From contig NW_026862663.1 of assembly GCF_026571515.1 (NCBI RefSeq), forward strand, positions 310,001 through 374,000: a stretch of 64,000 bases of DNA. Reading direction: 5' to 3'. The notes under the pieces are model-generated. The model made no database searches. It worked only from the letters and a program-made list of their open reading frames with translations, and was not told the DNA's origin. Position 1 is the first letter of the stretch. Each line of letters opens with the position of its first letter. Origin of the DNA: Ruditapes philippinarum (taxonomy: Eukaryota). Shown here piece after piece: positions 55,276 to 64,000 of the stretch. A program made the position numbers and the translations under genes.

Positions 55276-56930
55276 TAAAGTCAACTTAAAGTTAAAATCC
55301 TTTCATTCACATCAGGTCATGGCAAATGTAAGTATTGTGTAGTATGGTAAATATGTATACAATGTCGTTTTCTGTGAAATCTCCAATATTTTAAACCTTA
55401 CGTTAATTACTATAAATGCATACACAATTGTTTTAACATAGGTTGTGTTTCACCAATGAACAAAAAATGAAATACTAGTACATTATCAATAATTTTAAAC
55501 ATTTTTTATATAAATTCAAATTATATAGTTGCATTAGTTCCTAGTTTCCTAAATATATAAATCTTTGCGTATATGAAGTTTTTCATACATCTACTGTCAA
55601 ATGTTCTCCACGATGTCGTACTGTAAATTCGATTTTTTTTGCGAAGACAATTTGTGATTATTATCTATGATAACCTCGGAAACAATACGGATTGAAAGTA
55701 GTTCTACCAATTGGTTTCAGATGTAAACAGAAAAACGAATGTATATAAAGAAAAGTAATGTCTGTTTCGGTCACTTATGATTGAAAATATGTCTGGCAAC
55801 AATTTTTAATTTAAATAAACCCACTGATGTTCAATTTTAAACAAATCCGACTAAATGCCAAGAGGTTGGTTTTTTGTACTTTCGGTTTCTACAACCATAA
55901 TAAAAATATAGAAATAATGTATTGTTTGCTTTTGTATCTATGAATTCATTTATTTTAGGTAGACTTTTACTACATATATAGGAAATAAACTTGTCAACAA
56001 CTCCCAGCATTAATTTACTATTTGTTTACATGTTTTGTTTCTAAGCGTATGTTAGACCGAAATACCGCATCCGTTCCTTGTATTCATACTATTGTGTTCG
56101 AGGTCCTTATCCGAAGACTGACGGAAATGGCCGAAAAGTTGCGATTGGATTTTGCAATGTCTGCACGTGCTTTGAAATATGTTATATTCCTGGGGAAGAG
56201 ACGGTGTCAGTCATTGCTATAAATTACATACAAAGACCGAGGGGTCAGTTAAACGTTACTTTGATAAAGATATTATTTATCTAAACAATTCTCCAGAAAA
56301 AGACCACTTCTTGGTAAACTGATCTGCTTTATATGATTGTGTAATAAAACATTTTAAATGTAAACAAACAGCAATTCATGTATCTTGTACAGTTTATAGA
56401 TTTTTTTTTGCAAAAGCAAGATCAAGTGCCAAATTTTACTTGTTTAATGGGTGTAAGAAGTGTGAATGCATTCGAGAATTAGCATCCGGTTTCCTGAAAA
56501 CTGTACTATTTCACCGACACAGATTCTGTTATTAGATGAATGTGCATTTTAATTTATTTAAACCACAAATGTTAAAAGTATTCATAATAATAGTAATAAT
56601 TATGATCAACAAAACGAAAGATAAATAATGAATAATTATTATGAATTATGAGATTGATAATAATAAATTAATAACCTTACAACAACATGATTTTGACAGA
56701 ATAATTCACACTCTCTGGTTGATTTAGATCGAGGGCCTTCACCATTACAAAGTCTATGTACCCTTATTTATCAGGTCGTTATAATACAAAGAATCTTATA
56801 CAAAAAAATAATATAAATGTAGTATATATGAAAATGTTGTTTTTTTTTATTCCATGAATTACATCACCAGCTTTATGTTTCCAAAAAATAATATATATCA
56901 ATATGTTTGGTCATATATCTAACTTCCTAA

Positions 56931-57164
56931 TTGGCGACGCCGGTGAGCGGCGTCGTCTCTTATGGAATGCTTTTTATTTTGGCCTATGGAAGGAGCTGTT
57001 ATTATTAGCAGTTAATGTCATGTTGTGTTAATTAGTTTTATTTTGATTCGTAAAAATCGAGTAAACAAATATGTTGTTATATTTGTATTTAATAACTTTA
57101 AGTAAAAAGCATGTGCATTGTGATATTATTTTCACGAAATTGCAGGCTCAGTTTAACAGCTTGT
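56931..57164 (-). repeat. Inverted copy of the 25952-26190 dispersed repeat
   Basis: Near-identical reverse complement. Confidence 0.9.
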
Positions 57165-58898
57165 ATATTCTTCTTATACTTTTAATTTATATATATAGTT
57201 GTATATGCTATATTTAGAATTAGGAAACCAAAAAAAATTTAATTTGTATACAAGTATGTCTTTCTGAAAACAAATACAGCGATATATATATATAACTACA
57301 GGGAAACCATGTCAGGTGATGATGTATTTCGAAATGCTAGTAGACATAATGCATTTCGTGGAGTTTTATATAAAAAAAGTTAAAGGTACGTGACTAATTA
57401 TTGACTATTATTCTACGCATATCCGGATGCAAAATATTGTTGTACATTAATTTTTATATAAAAATGATTTATCAGGCAAACAGAGCTTCATTTTAAGGTA
57501 ATTTATTATTATAAAAAAAGTTAATTTGTAGAAAGAAATATTGTTTCACGTTTCACCTTTATTGAGCATGGAAGCAATAATATAGCATCGTATGATATAA
57601 AATGGCCGAAAGAAAAACAAACAAAAATGTTTCTTGCATAAAAACATGAAATATGTTTCCTAATTACGTTTATCATTTGTTTTGCCAAAATACGGACATT
57701 ATAAAGTGACGATCGATAGCTTTATGATCATTTATAATTTATTTAACAAACTATCATATGAAATGACAACTTGTAAACCAATATACGCAGATTTCTTACT
57801 AATAAATCAAAATGGCTGATTTCAATGCTGGTATGGAATAAGTCAATATCTTAAAAATATTAGAATGGCTTTAAGAAAAATGATATAAAAACAGTAACAA
57901 GTAACATGGTAGATAAAGCTATTGATAAAACTCTCTAGATAAACAAAGAAGAAAATAAATATCAAGAGGGGTTATCCCATCAGAAGTAATGACATTAAAA
58001 TCATACAAAAAATAAAGAATTGCTTTGATCAAGTCTGTTATTGAGAAAAATATAAAAGTGCAACATCTTTCCGGAAAGTAGGAGAATCAAGCAGTATTCC
58101 GTCTTCTACAATTAATAATCCCGAAGGACCCGTAGAAAAACTGACGCAGAGTGTAATAATTGTATAAATAACCTGAAATTTTGCATAAACCTCAGTACAA
58201 TTATGCCAGGCCGTCATAATCTTTTTATATACAATACTTTGTTTGTTTTTCGGGAGTAATGATTCGTTTAAAGCATGTTAGACCTCAGAAATGATTTTGT
58301 TCTTTCTGTACAATATGCAGACATGTGTTTTAAAAGTTTGATAAAGTTACAATAATGTATCTAAAACAGTTAAGAGGCTTATCACCTTATCAAAATACCC
58401 CTAAATGTGACATTTGTCATAAAGGCAACAAAAAATAAACAAATTGGTCATTCGAGCTTCATACAATATGGCTACTGAGTAACTTTTAAGAAGCTGTAAA
58501 AGGTGTAAACGACACCAACAATAAACCGTTTTTGACAAAAAAAAAACATATTAGCATTTTAAAGCTAAATGGGACTTGAATAAAGGAAAAACAAAAAGGA
58601 AATAATATGACCTCAACAGCAATCTGATTCATTATTGTTCAGATGTGGAATTCTATTAATGACATTTCATATATACATGTAATTCATAATTGTGCTATTT
58701 GGGAAATTGAAGACTCAAGTTTAGCTAATAGAAATATATGTGACTAAGGTTTGAGGCATTTATTTATTTTCGTTGCATGGTTTCTCTTAAGCCAGCTTTA
58801 AAGTCTGAAATGAATTATAGTATTTTAATTTTATATCTATATTTTCTTTTTCATTTTTACATACTTGACCAACAATTGGATATTACACCATACAATTA

Positions 58899-61336
58899 AT
58901 GAGAACAGCCAGCGAAAGCAGAAACCTAAAATACCACAACAAGAAGCAGAGAGGAGAGGCAGAGAAAGCCAATTCGTATCACAGAACACATCCAAATTAT
59001 GAAAATAGTTCCACATCAAGACCAGCTCCAATATATCCCCAATATTCAATCACGGCGAGTTCACATATTTTAGAACCAAGTGAGAGAGCGTATTATACAT
59101 GTCCTCTAGATGAAGGATATGGAAATCTAGAAGAAGTTTCTGAAAACTATTTTGACACAAACGTTCTTATTGAAAATGAAGAAGAAGAAGAAGAAGAAGA
59201 AGAAGAAGAAGAAGAAATTCTTATTGCAACTCCTCTTGAATTGAATTATTTCGAGGTTCGTGACAATAATAGCAATGTCTTTAATTCTTCTTCACCTAAA
59301 TCTTCTACTACAAAATCAGATTATATAGATACATATCATTTTAGTGATTCTGACAGTGACTCGGATACAGAGGAGTTATTTGACTTATTTTCTGACTCTT
59401 CATACGACGAAGGATACTCTTCCCTAATTTCACCTATTTCATACGATTTTAAACTATCGCCAGGCGGAAATTTGCCCAACTTCGAGGAAATTGTACCAGT
59501 TAAGAAAGATAATAAGTTGCTTAAACCTCCGGTAAATCCGCTAGTTTCTAAAAGAGCCCCAACAGCAACATCAACTTATTCGTCAGAATCAAATAATAAA
59601 GAATCATCATTTATTTTTGACAAATCCCATTCTTCAGTTACAGATAAAGACGACCATAAAAAAGAGAAAAGTGAGAAGTCAGTAACGGCCTATGGAAAAA
59701 AGACTGAAACATTTTGTTCAACAAATATTCAGACAGCATTATTAAGTAAAATAACACCAGATAGAAAAAGGAAAAAAATACAAATCAGTCCTTTTTACGA
59801 CTTTCTTAATATGCAATTACAAAGGAAAACTCTACATACGGAAGTACCTGGGTCTAAATCAGGACATGACAGAGATATAGAAGTGGACCTTGAAAACTTT
59901 GAGACTGAAGTTGGTAAAGCGTTTGAAGAGTCAGTGAGTGAAGGATCTTTAATGCCATTACTAAAACAGGAACTTCAATGTAAAATACAGGTCAGACGTT
60001 TATCAATGGGACAACCTGAGTTAGTGATTGAACCTGAAGAGCCGAGGACATATAAAGTAAGTAAAGAGAAAACACTGCTGTGAACAACAAAAACATTGAA
60101 TACGTCGTAGAAATCAGTGAATTTCATCAAAGTGCATTACATTCTACTGAAACTGGCTCTTTATATGCTCTTTCAGACATTGCATGGATACTTTGTGTGT
60201 TTTAAGTATAGATTATTTAAGATTTGTTCAAGAAGAATAACGTATTCAAAAGTTTCTAATTCTTCATTCCAATAACATTTGAAATATTTTGTTAAAACGT
60301 TACGATAGTATGTTTGGCAATTATTTTGTATTTTGTTGTAAGTGTTAGTGGTAATTCATTTTTAATGGAGAGGGAGACGTTGTGGTAAATAAAAATTATA
60401 TGAAGTTAATCAAATTTAAAAGTATTCTTTTTTCGTTTTCGTTCTTATCCGCAGTTACATTTTATTAGCAATTGTATAATTGCTGCTTGTACGGCGGTTT
60501 TGAACTTTGATTGTGCAAAAGTTTTGATGTTAAAGTCGATACAAACAAAATCGTGATTCCTTTAATTTGTTATCAACATTTCTGATAACAACGTGGTTTC
60601 AATTTTTTATAGCTTACAGAAGATGAAATAAGAAAGAAGCAAGCCCGTCTTGAACAAAACCGTAGATCGGCAAAGAAAACTAGACACAAAGCAAGGAAAT
60701 ATGAACAGTATCTTTTAAACGTAAGTTTCATTGAACGCCGCCTTTCCTTGTCGATCTTGTTTATCATATTGTATTGCAAAAATAAACAGTTCTATACTTG
60801 AATATATCCTTCTTTTTTGTTTATTTAAACATAAGCTATTTTAGATCACATGCAGCATATTCAAACCACTCTCGAACGCATTTCCGGAAAATAATCAGCA
60901 ATGGTATCATATGAAGAGACATTGTCGTTAGACTCATGCTTTAAAAAATAATTGACAAATTGTGCACGTGCAATTAAACATGAAAATGGTAAATTAAACA
61001 AGTTGTTTATTCAAACATGTGCCTTCTTATTTGTTCTGTTATATATATTCTAACGATAGACATTGTGTAAAATGTATTTTTTAAATAATTTCTAGTGCAT
61101 ATACTATTTTTAAAATAATGTTTTTGTAATTGATAAGTCTACTGTAAATTGAATTTGCTAACATGTTAACTTATCACATAACATATTTGTGATTTTATCA
61201 GGAAATCTATAAGGAAATGAAAACACACGCAAAGCTGAGGAAAGAAGTTTCAAAATTGCAGTCGTTGAGAGACGAGTATAAAAAGAAATTTGATCTTCAC
61301 ATGATGTCTTGTACAGCAACAAGTTCAAGCAATTAG
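58899..61336 (+). CDS. ATF3/Fos-type bZIP transcription factor, cluster gene B2, 466 aa; exons 58899-60056, 60613-60720, 61202-61336
   Basis: Paralog of B1 with identical splice positions. Basic exon LTEDEIRKKQARLEQNRRSAKKTRHKARKYEQYLLN; last exon EIYKEMKTHAKLRKEVSKLQSLRDEYKKKFDLHMMSCTATSSSN*. AATAAA at ~61565. Confidence 0.9.
59178..59216 (+). repeat. Coding (GAA)13 microsatellite, poly-Glu in B2
   Basis: Read directly; B1 has DEEE at the same position. Confidence 0.95.
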
Positions 61337-61558
61337 TATTGTCAGTCTCGTCATAGCTTAAAGTTAGAAAAGATGATGAAATATTTATATAGATGAAGTG
61401 TTAATAGACATTATTATGGTTTCTATTTGATTAATCAATCAGTTTTTAATATGATATGTATGGAAAGTATCCTGATTATACTAAAACGTTAATGTACGAA
61501 TTTTAATATTTATAGAGATATATGTTTAATTGAACTTTTTTTCTGTTGATAACCACCT

Positions 61559-63815
61559 GTCATAAATAAAAATAAACTTTGATCCTGCATTGATTACTGC
61601 CTCATTATTTAATCAAGTTGAATAATGATCAATTATCTTCATGCAACAGCTTTTTGTTCACCTTATGACGTCTGATAAAATTCGTTAACATATATATTTA
61701 ACAATGAACTGATATATTAATATTAATTCAAATAGTGGTACGTTTTCTAACAAAGCTGTTATTTACCCAGATATTTTGAAAATATATCTAAGCATTGGAA
61801 ATTTGTGAGAAATAAAATCTTTGACCTTATATATCGTAAGCCTTATATTTGTAATTGAAATAAATAATCTTATATGTATAATTCTATTTTAATACTTTGA
61901 TATTAAAACATAAAATATTACTTAAGTAAAATGTTGTTGTTATTTGTATAATACAAAATGAAAATAGGTATCAGTTTCGTTCATTTTAATATAACCACCA
62001 ACATTATTATTATACAGTTTTAAGGGTCCTTGCTTTTTATTTGTAAGAATGAACAACAATGTCTGTTGTAACTGTGATACTTGATTGTTAAAAATATACC
62101 TAAGGATATTTTTTTATCATTAGTATTTTGTTCATTTAAATCAGAAGGCAATTTGCTATAAATACTATGCACCGGACGCCCGACAAAAAATAAACGAATG
62201 GAACCGACTAAAGATGGTCTGATACCTTTATAGGTATTTTTACATTTAGAAAAGTTCCATGTACTCTATTGTCAATCTTTGACTGGATTCCATGTAAGTA
62301 TGACATATCGACGGATACGAATCTTCTCCGTTTTTTGTTGTTGTTGTTTTTTGTGTGTGTAATTCCCTTCATTGAAGACCGCCCTTCTTTGTTGATCTTG
62401 TTTTTCATATTTTATCTAAGCCAGGCAGAGATAGGTGGGACCATTGGAATGCTTCAAGCTAGGTGTTTCCTAGGTGTGTCCCAAGAATGTGGTATCGATT
62501 CCTTACAAGTGAAAATGTGTTACTTTTTATGGAGTATTTTCATTGGTCTGCGATTTTCACAGCATATAAAATAAAAAATTTGACATAGTGTCTTGCTGGT
62601 CATAAATAAAAATAAACTTTGATCCTGCATTGATTATTTCAATTATCAGAGTTCCTCATTATTTAATCAAGTTGAATAATCTTCATGCAACAGTTCACCT
62701 TGTGTCATCTTCTAAAATTCGTTTACATACTTCATTTTTAACAATGAACAGATTTATTAATATTTATTCAAATTGTACGTTTTCTAATAAAGCTGTTATT
62801 TGCCCAGATAGTACAAATATGCATGCTTTCATAATGTATATTTTCTAAGAATGGGATGATTGTGACAAATCAAATCTTTGACCTGATATTTCTTATACCT
62901 TATATTTGTTATTGAAAAAATAATCTTATATGTATTATTTTGTTTTTAATACCTGCACTATATAAAAGTATACAAGTATTTAAGTATAATATTGTATTTT
63001 TTGTGTTTGCAAACTGCCTTTACATTAAACCAATAAAAATGAAAATATGTATCAGTTTCGTTCATTTTAATATAATCACCCAGATTTTTTTATTATTATT
63101 CATGTATTATGTAAATGAAGTATTATATAGTTTTACAAAAGAGTACATGCTCTTTGTAACAACATTGGCTGTTGTAACTGTGATACCTGATTATTTGAAA
63201 TATACCACTCAAAGCTTGCTAATGATCTTTTTACCATTAGGTATTTTGTTCATTTAATCAATATTCAAAAATCAGTTGACGATTTACTATATGCACACTA
63301 TGCACAGGAAGTCCGACAAAAATAAACACATGTGTGACATGTCACATAAGTGACATGAAAACTGACTAAAGGCGTCCTGATACCATCATGGGTACTTTTA
63401 ACTACATGTACTTTAGCATTTAGCAAGGTTTCACGTACTCTTTTGTCAATCTTTGACTGGATTCCATGTAAGTATGACATATCGACGCATACGAAGTTGA
63501 CATCCCATCCGGATTTTTTTCCCGTGTGCCCTGTTCTGCTTAATGTCCTGCCTGGCTCCTTACCGGTGGTCCTGTGTAGTGGGATGCGTTCATTGAATGC
63601 CGCCTTTCATTGTTGATCTTGTTTTTCATATTTTATCTAAGCTAGGTTGAGATATGTAGGGGCATTGGAATGCTTTAAGCTAGATGGTCACAGCGACAGA
63701 ATGCAAATATCCTTGGTGTTCCAAGAATGTGGAATCGATTCCATACAATAGAAAATGTATTGCATTTCCCCTTTACTTTTGTTTGGAGTATTTTCATTGG
63801 TCTCAGATTTTCACA
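61559..63815. repeat. Diverged ~1.04-kb tandem duplication immediately 3' of B2
   Basis: gtcataaataaaaataaactttgatcctgcattgatta at 61559 and 62599; colinear through ggagtattttcattggtct at ~62531 and ~63785. Confidence 0.85.
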
Positions 63816-64000
63816 TCACTTTCATAACGACTGAGAATTTGAAATATCGAAAAAAAATCGTTATACATGTAGTTTGATATGGTGATTTAATTGAACATTT
63901 ATTAATATTTACTTTAATCATCTTTAAAAGCGCAATGGCCTCAGGTCGATCTTAAGGCAACGTGTAACCAACGCTGAAAAGCCTTTTACTCTATTGCATT

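Noticed and set aside
59407-59424. DEGYSS in B2 as a beta-TrCP-like degron
   Set aside because: Not conserved in B1 (DEEYFS) and a weak match in a low-complexity region.

Overview
AT-rich eukaryotic genomic DNA with three assembly gaps (12240-12407, 30666-31020, 45641-45787). It is probably from a bivalve mollusc, inferred only from repeat styles and base composition. The first ~29 kb has no convincing protein-coding gene and is mostly repeats. These include a 3.4-kb foldback element carrying two internal satellite families, a TTA-flanked Harbinger-like element inside a 78-bp satellite, a Helentron/pearl-type element, a TTAA-flanked Kolobok-like element, 20-45 bp insertions with 7-bp target-site duplications (TSDs), and LINE/Gypsy/SINE debris. 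At 29.5-31.8 kb two intronless minus-strand paralogs encode ~105-110 aa coiled-coil proteins of a family I cannot name. From 36.2 to 61.3 kb lies a plus-strand tandem cluster of four three-coding-exon Fos/ATF3-type bZIP genes plus a pseudo-exon, in the order A1, A2, B1, psiA2, B2. All four share a 108-nt phase-0 basic-region exon that the ORF track largely misses. They fall into two architectures with divergent basic regions and zippers. Gene models were assembled by eye from GT-AG sites and paralog alignment; no expression or database evidence was available.
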